Part shown: positions 8,156 to 15,758 of the stretch, piece after piece
How positions within the stretch are numbered: the first letter of the stretch is position 1
How the letters are laid out: each line of letters starts with the position of its first letter
Translations under genes and position numbers: made by a program
From: a virus
Taxonomy: Duplodnaviria; Caudoviricetes
Length of the DNA stretch: 31,480 nucleotides
IMG/VR virus record: IMGVR_UViG_3300023095_000008
Location: 1-31,480 of that record
Direction: 5' to 3' (one strand)
The notes under the pieces: generated by a model
What the model saw: only the letters and a program-made list of their open reading frames with translations
Told to the model about the DNA's origin: nothing
Databases searched by the model: none

Positions 8156-9607
8156 TTATATGTTTTTAATCAATCCTTCTTTTCTCCAGAACTCTGCTCC
8201 GTAACGGGCGGGATCCATAAGGTGGTTATCCGTATCTTCAGGTTCTTCCAAAACAATTCCGTAACGGTCAACCTTTCTCGAATAGTTTTCCTGCTCGTAT
8301 TTTAAATTTGCACTTGTTGAAGTATAATAAACATTCAAAGAGTTAAGCAAATCAATTCCATCTATAACAGATCCTGCGCCTTTTGTTGCTGCAATAGCGT
8401 ATTCAAATCCTGCACGCCTTAAAGCCAATATCTTCAACGGCCTGTTGCTATCGCATACTATTACTTTTTCAGGATTAATACCCATCTTTCTGAACTTCCA
8501 CATTATCAATCCTTCCTCTGTATTGTCAATCTGCAACAATTCAGTAGCGGTTAGTTTTTCCCTTATCTTGTTTTCGCTATCGTAGTTCATTTCGTGAAGG
8601 TACAACCCGCCGTCGTAATACTTCATGTGAAGTACTCCCATTGGGTCAACTGCTCCCCAATCCACCGTGTACAAATCCGGTGCTTTAATTGCATTGAAAA
8701 CGTCTAACGGTATTTCAGTCCAATGGAATATTCTGTTAGGGCGTTCGGCTTTCTCTCCAAGTCCGTAAACCTGCCATTTGTATTCAGATGCAGTATTTAT
8801 GGATTCGTTTAATTTGCATCGTGTAAGCTCATTTAAATGCTTTGATGAAAATTCTTTTGGATTTGATTCAATATCATATGTCTTTGCTTCTTCTTCTTTC
8901 AATAGTTTTGAAACAACAATATAGCATAGTTTTACTGGCTGATATGAAAGTATTTTCTTTTTAGCTTCTACAGGACAAAAAGGATTGTCTTTAAATGTAG
9001 AATGAATTGTGATTGTTCTAGGATGTTTTTCTATATCATCTATCCAAGTATCTTTTTTTGGATTAGAATCTATAAAAACAAAATCCGAAGTTCTTTGATC
9101 AACTTGGTCGAAAGTGTCTTTAGATATTTTGTATGGCTCATTAAACCAAGAACAATCTTGAGTAAGTCCGTGTACTGTTTCTTCATCATCCGTACCGTGT
9201 ATTTCGAAAGTTGAATCTGTATCGTAGGTAAAAATACTTTCGGTCTTGTTGAAGTTTTGACCTACTTTATAACGCCCTGTTTTCTTTAGCCTTTTTAACG
9301 TATCATTTAAAACAGTTTTTTTGCAATCAGTCTTAGTGTCTCTCCAAACAGTCATACGTTTATTCTTGTATGCTCTAGCGTACGTATCAAACACATCAAT
9401 CAATGAAACTGTCTTTGAACTTCTTGAAGATCCTTTATTGTTTATGTATCTATAATATTTACCAGAACCTGGATGATTAATTGTAGTACCATCACCACAC
9501 CAATTGCAACTAATGTTTTTTACTAATCCTGACCCATCACAAACATCACACTTTTTAAGTGTTGCGTTCCAATTTTTCTCATAAACTATAGTGGCTTCGA
9601 ATTCCAT
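8156..9607 (-). CDS. terL: Terminase large subunit (PBSX-like)
   Basis: Walker A GSSRSSKT, Walker B WFNE, coupling motif DSNP, FKDNPF, WQVYGLGE, nuclease DWG..DP and DNHLMDPARY. Confidence 0.95.
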   Translation of the reverse strand: MEFEATIVYEKNWNATLKKCDVCDGSGLVKNISCNWCGDGTTINHPGSGKYYRYINNKGSSRSSKTVSLIDVFDTYARAYKNKRMTVWRDTKTDCKKTVLNDTLKRLKKTGRYKVGQNFNKTESIFTYDTDSTFEIHGTDDEETVHGLTQDCSWFNEPYKISKDTFDQVDQRTSDFVFIDSNPKKDTWIDDIEKHPRTITIHSTFKDNPFCPVEAKKKILSYQPVKLCYIVVSKLLKEEEAKTYDIESNPKEFSSKHLNELTRCKLNESINTASEYKWQVYGLGEKAERPNRIFHWTEIPLDVFNAIKAPDLYTVDWGAVDPMGVLHMKYYDGGLYLHEMNYDSENKIREKLTATELLQIDNTEEGLIMWKFRKMGINPEKVIVCDSNRPLKILALRRAGFEYAIAATKGAGSVIDGIDLLNSLNVYYTSTSANLKYEQENYSRKVDRYGIVLEEPEDTDNHLMDPARYGAEFWRKEGLIKNI

Positions 9608-9609
9608 TT

Positions 9610-10095
9610 TTAATCTTCTTCCTCTTCTGGTTTTCTGATCGTTACTTTCAATTCGGTTGGAGTTGTTTTTAGTTCTCCCGATATTTCCTGTTGAATTTTA
9701 TCCCCGTATTTTTTAGGGTTCATTTTTCCTATCATCCATCTTCTTGCATCGTAGCGAAGTCTGCTTCTTTGTATGTGTTCGTGATTTACTTTTTCTATCA
9801 CTATTCCGTCCATGTCAATTTCTTCAACATCGTTTGTTCCGTCATCGACAATTTCAAGTATTTCCTCAAACAAATTATCTGCTCTTTCCTCGCATGCGCG
9901 TGCGTATCGTTTCGTTTTCTCTTTAGCTTCTTCTGTAAGATTACCTTCTTCGTCTTTTTCTTCTAGCCATTTATAAAAAGTAGAAGAACTAGGCATGTCG
10001 TAAATTGCTAGTACTTTTCTCAAAGGACTTCCGTTTTCAATTTCTGAAATGATAAGATTAAATTTTTCGTCCTTTTCTTCTTGACTGTAAGCCAT
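9610..10095 (-). CDS. terS: Terminase small subunit (Sf6 gp1-like)
   Basis: N-terminal HTH (MPSSSTFYKWL), YARA and RLRYDARRWMIGKMNPKKYGDK; adjacent to terL. Confidence 0.9.
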   Translation of the reverse strand: MAYSQEEKDEKFNLIISEIENGSPLRKVLAIYDMPSSSTFYKWLEEKDEEGNLTEEAKEKTKRYARACEERADNLFEEILEIVDDGTNDVEEIDMDGIVIEKVNHEHIQRSRLRYDARRWMIGKMNPKKYGDKIQQEISGELKTTPTELKVTIRKPEEEED

Positions 10096-10101
10096 AATAA
10101 A

Positions 10102-10359
10102 CTATTTACATTGGTATCTATACATATTTCCGTTTCCATCGCTTCTTAAAGCTTTATCCCCTGTGCATTTTGATTCGTCAGCGGGTTGATCGTAAAGAAA
10201 CTGTATGCTGTTGTTATAAACTTCTTTTCTGCAGTTGCAGGTGTCGTTATCTGAAGAACATGATAAAATAAATACTAGGATTACAATAGCTAGAAATAGC
10301 CAAAGTGTGTTTTTTATTTTTCTTTCTCTTTTGTATCTTCTTTGAATAGTATTATTCAT
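10102..10359 (-). CDS. Small Cys-rich lipoprotein
   Basis: Basic N-terminus, hydrophobic helix and lipobox-like ILSC followed by SSDND; likely ATG at 10359. Confidence 0.65.
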   Translation of the reverse strand: MNNTIQRRYKRERKIKNTLWLFLAIVILVFILSCSSDNDTCNCRKEVYNNSIQFLYDQPADESKCTGDKALRSDGNGNMYRYQCK

Positions 10360-10370
10360 TTTATTGTGTT

Positions 10371-10670
10371 TTAGCAAAAATTAGCGATGTTTTTTGTAAT
10401 TATATAGTGAGATTTACATGGCATCTGAAAATTGCCAACACTTGGCGTAAATGATATTTTATCATTAGGTTCTTTTATAAGTTTCCATCCTAAATCCTGT
10501 CCATCAATAATACAATCTATTGGAAGGATAGTTTTTCCACCACAACCACATAAACAATTATGTACAGTTACGCCATATTTCTCTGAAATATAAATAATCT
10601 TTTCTTTTCTTTCTTCAGGAATAAACTCGACATATTCAAAGGTTATTTCTACTTTTTGTAATGTTTTCAT
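10371..10670 (-). CDS. DUF6527-like metal-binding protein
   Basis: HNCLCGCG, W, SFTPSVGN and PCKSHY match the DUF6527 pattern as I recall it; ATG at 10670. Confidence 0.75.
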   Translation of the reverse strand: MKTLQKVEITFEYVEFIPEERKEKIIYISEKYGVTVHNCLCGCGGKTILPIDCIIDGQDLGWKLIKEPNDKISFTPSVGNFQMPCKSHYIITKNIANFC

Positions 10671-10673
10671 AAG

Positions 10674-10681
10674 CAAATATA
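10674..10681 (-). promoter_or_regulatory. -7 promoter element, probably leaderless transcript
   Basis: TATATTTG lies 3 nt before the ATG at 10670 and just after a terminator. Confidence 0.65.
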
Positions 10682-10709
10682 GTTAATTATTTTTAATTTA
10701 ATGTAATAC

Positions 10710-10734
10710 AAAAAAGCGGGAACGACCCCGCTTT
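10710..10734 (-). terminator. Intrinsic terminator ending the early/middle region
   Basis: AAAGCGGG/CCCGCTTT stem followed by a U6 tract. Confidence 0.8.
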
Positions 10735-10850
10735 GATGATCGTAAAATTCATACCGGATTTAAAAATTGTTTTAACTTCTCGGTGGGTGTTTTTTTTATC
10801 TTAATTTCATAATATATCTTTTTAGAGTTAATAATAATTGTTTTCACCCG

Positions 10851-10877
10851 AAAACCCCGCTTATTTCTAAGCAGGGT
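10851..10877 (-). terminator. Terminator-like hairpin
   Basis: ACCCTGCTTA-GAAA-TAAGCGGGGT followed by a short U-run. Confidence 0.55.
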
Positions 10878-10885
10878 GTTTGTTT

Positions 10886-11092
10886 TTAGTTATCGTACCA
10901 ACTTACTGTAAGCTTTTCGTCTTTGAATAAATGGAAATCTTTCATTCCCATGTCAGGAGTTATTACTACCTTCATAAACGCATCTCCTTTTGATGTTTGT
11001 GTAGGAATGGCATAAGTGCCTGGCTCTACTTTTTCAACACTTCCAAACTTCTTGATTAGGAACTGTTTTGCTTCCTCTAATTCTGCTAACAT
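10886..11092 (-). CDS. Hypothetical protein
   Basis: 68 aa ORF in the operon direction. Confidence 0.65.
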   Translation of the reverse strand: MLAELEEAKQFLIKKFGSVEKVEPGTYAIPTQTSKGDAFMKVVITPDMGMKDFHLFKDEKLTVSWYDN

Positions 11093-11113
11093 ATTTTTAC
11101 TTATTTTAAGTTA

Positions 11114-11257
11114 CTATTCGTTTTTAAGTGTTATTCCGTAATCTCTTTTTAATATTTTAATCACATTCTTTTTATTTAATGAAGAAATATAAATGCAATT
11201 TTCTTTTTTTGTAATCTTTTTTTCAGCAGATATATTCCCATTCCATAATCTATCCAT
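11114..11257 (-). CDS. Small hypothetical protein (47 aa)
   Basis: MDRLWNGNISAEKK... fills the gap and overlaps the upstream stop codon. Confidence 0.45.
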   Translation of the reverse strand: MDRLWNGNISAEKKITKKENCIYISSLNKKNVIKILKRDYGITLKNE

Positions 11258-11678
11258 TTATAGTTTTAACTGCGTTTTCTGTGAGGGTTAAGCCTTGTTT
11301 TACGAGGTCTTCTATTTTTGTTAAAACAAAAGTGTTTTTTCCGTCATAATATTTAGGATTAGGCTTGTCAAAATATATATAATCGTAATTTTTATTGTAA
11401 ATAGATTTATTTATTTCTTCAAATGTCCAACCTTCAAATAAAACATTTTTTTCTGCATCTAAAAACTGCTGATTATACCAATCGTCATGAAGTGGATCCT
11501 CTAACGGAACTTCATTTTCATCACAAACAATAAACATCGATAGCTTTAAAGGCTGTGATAGGAATTTAGCGTAGTTTTCAATTCGAGTCCCAAAAACGGA
11601 ATCTCTTGACTCAAAACTTCTGTCGCGACAAAGTTCCAATACGTAATCCAAAAGCGGAATTAGTTTTTGTGTCTTCAT
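11250..11678 (-). CDS. Hypothetical phage protein
   Basis: 142 aa, tightly coupled to neighbouring genes. Confidence 0.7.
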   Translation of the reverse strand: MKTQKLIPLLDYVLELCRDRSFESRDSVFGTRIENYAKFLSQPLKLSMFIVCDENEVPLEDPLHDDWYNQQFLDAEKNVLFEGWTFEEINKSIYNKNYDYIYFDKPNPKYYDGKNTFVLTKIEDLVKQGLTLTENAVKTING

Positions 11679-12085
11679 TAGTAGATTGGTTTTGAGGGTT
11701 CTTTTATAAGTTGGTAATGTGTAATTCCTAAACTTTTATAGGTTTCTGAATAGTAGCAACCCGGTGCAAACCACCGTTTGTAATTTGAAATGTAATTCCC
11801 TATTTGAATTTTTCCATTCTGCATAATAAAACATTGCATATTTTCTTTTGGCAAATCCTCATCTGAATTTATAACCGTCCAATTGTTGTTAGTTTCGATT
11901 CCTGAAAGTGATTTTGGTCTGCCTAATGGAAATTTTGAATCCATTTCAATTGGAATTAAGATATTAGTATCTTTTGTAAATGTAAAGTCACACCACCCAT
12001 TTTCATAAACATAATCTTTTACTATATCCCAATATTCCCCATAAGCCAACTCAATAGCTTTTTGTTTGTTTTCTTGTATTTTCAT
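11678..12085 (-). CDS. Hypothetical protein with DUF551-like C-terminus
   Basis: W..INSDEDLP ... ITHYQ..P.KP pattern; likely ATG at 12085. Confidence 0.6.
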   Translation of the reverse strand: MKIQENKQKAIELAYGEYWDIVKDYVYENGWCDFTFTKDTNILIPIEMDSKFPLGRPKSLSGIETNNNWTVINSDEDLPKENMQCFIMQNGKIQIGNYISNYKRWFAPGCYYSETYKSLGITHYQLIKEPSKPIY

Positions 12086-12087
12086 TT

Positions 12088-12333
12088 TTAAATTTTTTTG
12101 ATTGTCATAATGCAATATCCTTTTTCAATTCCGAAATTACCGCCATTCAAAATATGGGTTACTTCTACTATAATTTTATCGCCGGAATACTCTTCTAAAT
12201 TTGGAAAATATTCTTTTAAAACCAAAGTATCGCCAATCTGATAATTTCTATCATTTAATCGTATTTCCCAAGGCTTTAAGCCACGAACAACATTCTGATA
12301 ATGTTCTGTCCAAGTTTTTAATTCGTGTACCAT
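12088..12333 (-). CDS. DUF3850 / ASCH-PUA-like protein
   Basis: HELKT...KPWEIRLNDRNYQIGDTLVLKEY...VTHIL...GYCIM. Confidence 0.85.
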   Translation of the reverse strand: MVHELKTWTEHYQNVVRGLKPWEIRLNDRNYQIGDTLVLKEYFPNLEEYSGDKIIVEVTHILNGGNFGIEKGYCIMTIKKI

Positions 12334-12357
12334 TTGTTTAGTTTAAGTGGTTAAATT

Positions 12358-12804
12358 TTACTTTTGTTTTAAAATTATAAGTTTTCCTTTGATTAGTTTT
12401 GATTCGTAGGATTGCCATTCTTTGTACTGTTCAGAAGTCCAAGAGTTTTCCGAATCTCTTAATATGTTTGGGGTCTTTCCCATAGGATTTTTAAAGTAAA
12501 TTTCATTAAACCGCAATAGACTTCGGAAGCTTTTTTCTTTTGTTTCGAAAAAACCACTTTCAGGATTATTAAAATCTTTATAAACAGTTCTACCTACAAA
12601 ATTTTTGTTTGGAAGCTCAACGTCAAAAGAAATTTCAGTATCTGTAACTTCGCCTATAATTTCAGAAGCAAAGAAATCTAAATGATACGCTCTTTTTCCG
12701 TTATCTTGATAAAAAATAAAAGTTCCAAATTCATTAATCCTAATATCTGTTGCGTCTTTCTGCACTTCCACCGCAATAAGATTTGTTGGGGTTAGCGTTT
12801 TCAT
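12358..12804 (-). CDS. Hypothetical protein
   Basis: Likely ATG at 12804 (ATGA overlap with the upstream gene). Confidence 0.65.
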   Translation of the reverse strand: MKTLTPTNLIAVEVQKDATDIRINEFGTFIFYQDNGKRAYHLDFFASEIIGEVTDTEISFDVELPNKNFVGRTVYKDFNNPESGFFETKEKSFRSLLRFNEIYFKNPMGKTPNILRDSENSWTSEQYKEWQSYESKLIKGKLIILKQK

Positions 12805-13055
12805 GGTTTTTCTAGTTCTGATTTCACTTCTTCCCAATATTTTATTTTATCAGTAGCATACACGAAGAAATGACTTGCAGGCGTTTCTAAATACTCTGCC
12901 ATTATTTCATCTACCAAAATTTTAATGCAAAATTTCGCTTCTGAATCGCTTAATTCGTATTCTTCAATCGGACTTAAAGAAGATCGTTGAAACGTAATTA
13001 TTTTTTCTGACTGATATTTTTCTAATAATTCTTTTGCTTTTTCCTGTGGTGTCAT
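12801..13055 (-). CDS. Hypothetical phage protein (MTPxEKAKEL...YWEEVK type)
   Basis: 84 aa; motif common among Bacteroidota phage small proteins. Confidence 0.7.
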   Translation of the reverse strand: MTPQEKAKELLEKYQSEKIITFQRSSLSPIEEYELSDSEAKFCIKILVDEIMAEYLETPASHFFVYATDKIKYWEEVKSELEKP

Positions 13056-13072
13056 AATTAATTATTTGTTAG

Positions 13073-13360
13073 TTATTCTGTTGCTGATTTGATTAACTCT
13101 TTTGCTCTTGAAATGGCATCTAATTTGCCTAATCCGTTTTCTTCTAATCTATCGACTAAAAGCTTTACCATTTCCAAAAGTTCAGGAGCGTGTGCTATTA
13201 GTTTTGCGTTGGCGAAATCTTCCATATAGGTCATTTCAGAAGTTTCTACGCTATACACTTCATCACCTTCTCCATTGTCAGTTCCTACGTATATTTTTCG
13301 GTCGTTATCGTAATTATCTATAACCTCCCACTTTCCTTTTGTTCCTTTAAATTCACTCAT
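13073..13360 (-). CDS. Hypothetical phage protein (KGTKGKW...ANAKLIAHAPELLE type)
   Basis: 95 aa with the widespread ANAxLIAxAPEL motif. Confidence 0.75.
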   Translation of the reverse strand: MSEFKGTKGKWEVIDNYDNDRKIYVGTDNGEGDEVYSVETSEMTYMEDFANAKLIAHAPELLEMVKLLVDRLEENGLGKLDAISRAKELIKSATE

Positions 13361-13362
13361 AA

Positions 13363-13611
13363 CTAAACTTCTTTAATAATCGTTACATTTTTATTTTCCA
13401 ATTTCTCCAATTGATTCTGAAGCTGGATTAACTTCTTTTCTTTGCGTTGTTCAGCGTCTTTGATTGCTTCTTCAATATTTTTAAAATGATCTCCTTTATT
13501 GAAATACCCATATTTAATACTATAAAGTATTGTATTTGATTCGAATTTATCTGTAACTTCCATCAACAAAATACCTCTTGTCAATGCGTACTTGGTTACG
13601 TAGACTTTCAT
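13363..13611 (-). CDS. Hypothetical phage protein
   Basis: 82 aa, with a VTKYALTRGI start and coiled-coil end. Confidence 0.7.
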   Translation of the reverse strand: MKVYVTKYALTRGILLMEVTDKFESNTILYSIKYGYFNKGDHFKNIEEAIKDAEQRKEKKLIQLQNQLEKLENKNVTIIKEV

Positions 13612-13775
13612 AAATTATTAATTAATATTTTTAATTCATTTTCTGAACATTTATGAATACCACCTTTATGCCTTATAACATAAGGTTTAGAAACATTTTT
13701 ATCAGTAGCGAATGTTATTTTAGATTGTCCATAAATTTCATGTTCTACAAAGTCACCTATTTTAAATTTAAGCAT
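13608..13775 (-). CDS. Small SH3-like hypothetical protein (55 aa)
   Basis: MLKFKIGDFVEHEIYG... fills the gap; ATGA overlap with the next gene. Confidence 0.6.
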   Translation of the reverse strand: MLKFKIGDFVEHEIYGQSKITFATDKNVSKPYVIRHKGGIHKCSENELKILINNL

Positions 13776-13777
13776 AA

Positions 13778-14035
13778 CTACTCTTTTTTAGATTTTAAAC
13801 ACTCCTTTTCAACATTTTCTAAAGCTTGGTTTGTAACTATATTACTCAATGGTACGTCCGGATTAATTCCGTTTGATTTGCACAAATGAATATAGTTTTC
13901 TAATGAAATAGACCTTCTACCATTTTTCCAGTCTGATAATTGCTCCTGAGGCAAACCTGCATTAAGAGCAATTTGCCTTTGAGTCATCCCTGTTAGCTTT
14001 ATAAGCTCTATAATTGCCTCTTGGTAATTTTTCAT
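13778..14035 (-). CDS. XRE/Cro-like HTH regulator
   Basis: GMTQRQIALNAGLPQEQLSDWKNGRRSIS. Confidence 0.85.
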   Translation of the reverse strand: MKNYQEAIIELIKLTGMTQRQIALNAGLPQEQLSDWKNGRRSISLENYIHLCKSNGINPDVPLSNIVTNQALENVEKECLKSKKE

Positions 14036-14077
14036 TTTATATTTAATTTGCCCCGAAATTAATCGGGGCGTTAATAA

Positions 14078-14263
14078 TTATTTTTTTAACTGACTTTCTG
14101 CAAACTCAATAGAATCTGAAATTTCAGTAGCAGAATTATACCCATAAACCTCTGCAGGCTGTCCTTTTAACTTTAGCGTAACAGTCAGTTTATTAAATCT
14201 AATCTGTTCTACTACTTCTTTTTGAGTAAGAAGTCTAATTTGATCAAATGCGTCTTGTAACAT
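14078..14263 (-). CDS. Hypothetical protein
   Basis: 61 aa with an AAATTATG start context. Confidence 0.65.
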   Translation of the reverse strand: MLQDAFDQIRLLTQKEVVEQIRFNKLTVTLKLKGQPAEVYGYNSATEISDSIEFAESQLKK

Positions 14264-14321
14264 AATTTTTGGTTTGAAATTCTCGCCTACTCTATTCAGT
14301 TTTCGGCTTCCCTGTTTATAT

Positions 14322-14477
14322 TTACTCTTTATTTCTTAAAAATGCTTTCGACACTTCAAGTAGAAATTTTTGAAAATCCTCGTAACCTAAATCTTTTGAT
14401 ACTACAAAAAGTCTATTTAAATTATCATCTATGATTTTTATATTTTCTTTTGCTGTTTGTATTTCTAAATTTGTCAT
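14322..14477 (-). CDS. Hypothetical protein
   Basis: Likely ATG at 14477 (MTNLEIQ), downstream of the promoter at 14511. Confidence 0.6.
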   Translation of the reverse strand: MTNLEIQTAKENIKIIDDNLNRLFVVSKDLGYEDFQKFLLEVSKAFLRNKE

Positions 14478-14507
14478 AATATTAATTTTAATGTTGTTGT
14501 TATCTGA

Positions 14508-14540
14508 GTACAAATATACGACTATATTTTAATTACACAA
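14508..14540 (-). promoter_or_regulatory. Host-type (early) promoter
   Basis: TTG-N19-TATATTTG; 24 of 27 nt identical to the promoter at 26247-26273. Confidence 0.75.
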
Positions 14541-14591
14541 TAGTTTAATATTATATTTTTGATGTATTTTAAAACTTTAACATTTACAAAT

Positions 14592-14618
14592 AAAAAAACC
14601 TAGCTGTTACGCTAGGTT
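14592..14618 (-). terminator. Intrinsic terminator after the methyltransferase gene
   Basis: AACCTAGC/GCTAGGTT stem and a U7 tract. Confidence 0.75.
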
Positions 14619-15248
14619 AGGGTGTTTAAATATTTGATCAATAACGTGAAGTCCTAGTTTTGGATGAACACAATTTCTCAATATCTGAACCGGACAATGA
14701 TTTTTTTCATAATATATATTTTCTTCATAATAAATACCGAGCCAATCCATCATAGTTTTTTTTTGTCCAACAGTTGCTAAATTCATCATTCCTTTTGGGG
14801 ATTTAGGCACTTCCTGCATTTGTTCTATTTCAAAATTACTCCAAAACAAATGTCTACCTATTTTTACGGGATTACCATAAGGTTGATAATACGGTACTAC
14901 GTTTTCAACTACCCACTTTTTGTCTTTGCAATACTGTGTAAGAAATATTATTTCTTCAAATAAAGCACCATCAACATATCTTATCATATTGTGCCTGGTT
15001 GCTAAATTCATCTTTGAATGCTTTTGGCAAGGCCTTGAAGCCCAAATAATATCGTATTCTTTATAATTTTCCAATAAAAACTGATGAGCATCACAAACAA
15101 TTACTTTTTGATTTGGTTTCCTTTTTTGAAGCACATTTGCTATTTTTGGATCTAATTCAACATTAGTAATATCGAATTTGTCTTCGTCCAATAATTCTAT
15201 ATTACCGCCTAATCCGGCATATAGATTTAATAATTTTATTTTTTCCAT
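14607..15248 (-). CDS. Short C5-cytosine DNA methyltransferase
   Basis: Motif I LNLYAGLGG, catalytic ASRPCQ and motif VI VENV. Confidence 0.85.
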   Translation of the reverse strand: MEKIKLLNLYAGLGGNIELLDEDKFDITNVELDPKIANVLQKRKPNQKVIVCDAHQFLLENYKEYDIIWASRPCQKHSKMNLATRHNMIRYVDGALFEEIIFLTQYCKDKKWVVENVVPYYQPYGNPVKIGRHLFWSNFEIEQMQEVPKSPKGMMNLATVGQKKTMMDWLGIYYEENIYYEKNHCPVQILRNCVHPKLGLHVIDQIFKHPNLA

Positions 15249-15252
15249 TTTT

Positions 15253-15594
15253 TTAGAATAATGTTAGTTGCTCAGGCTGTATAAATTGTTCAAGCGCTTT
15301 TAATGCTTTTTGATTGAAATCATATTTTTTGTGGTTATGCCGGTTAATGACTTCTTTTAACTTTTCTACGCCGGACAATAAACAATCTTCTTTTGTTTTA
15401 AAAGTATATCCGGATACGTTTTGAGATAGTCCACCTGTTTGATATCCATATCTTATATGGCTGTTCCACATTCCGGAATAATTCATTGAAAAAAATATTT
15501 CAGCATAAAGAGAATAATGAGTTGAAAATATAAAATAAACATCTTCATTTATACAAACATTGCAATCGTTGAATTTATATTTACCTAATTCCAT
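15253..15594 (-). CDS. Hypothetical protein
   Basis: 113 aa ending QLTLF, a beta-clamp-binding-like motif. Confidence 0.65.
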   Translation of the reverse strand: MELGKYKFNDCNVCINEDVYFIFSTHYSLYAEIFFSMNYSGMWNSHIRYGYQTGGLSQNVSGYTFKTKEDCLLSGVEKLKEVINRHNHKKYDFNQKALKALEQFIQPEQLTLF

Positions 15595-15727
15595 AATTAA
15601 ACCAATTTATTATATTTTCCAATTCTTTAATCTCAATATCGTATTTGTCTGTCTTCTCTACTGAACGCTTTACTTTTAAATTGTTTAGCTTGGTTTGGGT
15701 TTCGGATATTGGATCTTTTTTAGACAT
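15581..15727 (-). CDS. Small hypothetical protein (48 aa)
   Basis: MSKKDPISETQTKLNNLK... fills the gap. Confidence 0.5.
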   Translation of the reverse strand: MSKKDPISETQTKLNNLKVKRSVEKTDKYDIEIKELENIINWFNYGIR

Positions 15728-15758
15728 ATATTTTTAATTCTTGACAAGTGGTACACAT

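Noticed and set aside
14050-14069. GCCCCGA/TCGGGGC hairpin as a terminator
   Set aside because: No U-tract on the coding strand; at most a stabilising or processing hairpin.
14285-14307. Hammerhead ribozyme (GAAA and CUGA-like words)
   Set aside because: Only one nucleotide separates GAAA from CUGA, so stems I and III and the cleavage triplet are missing.
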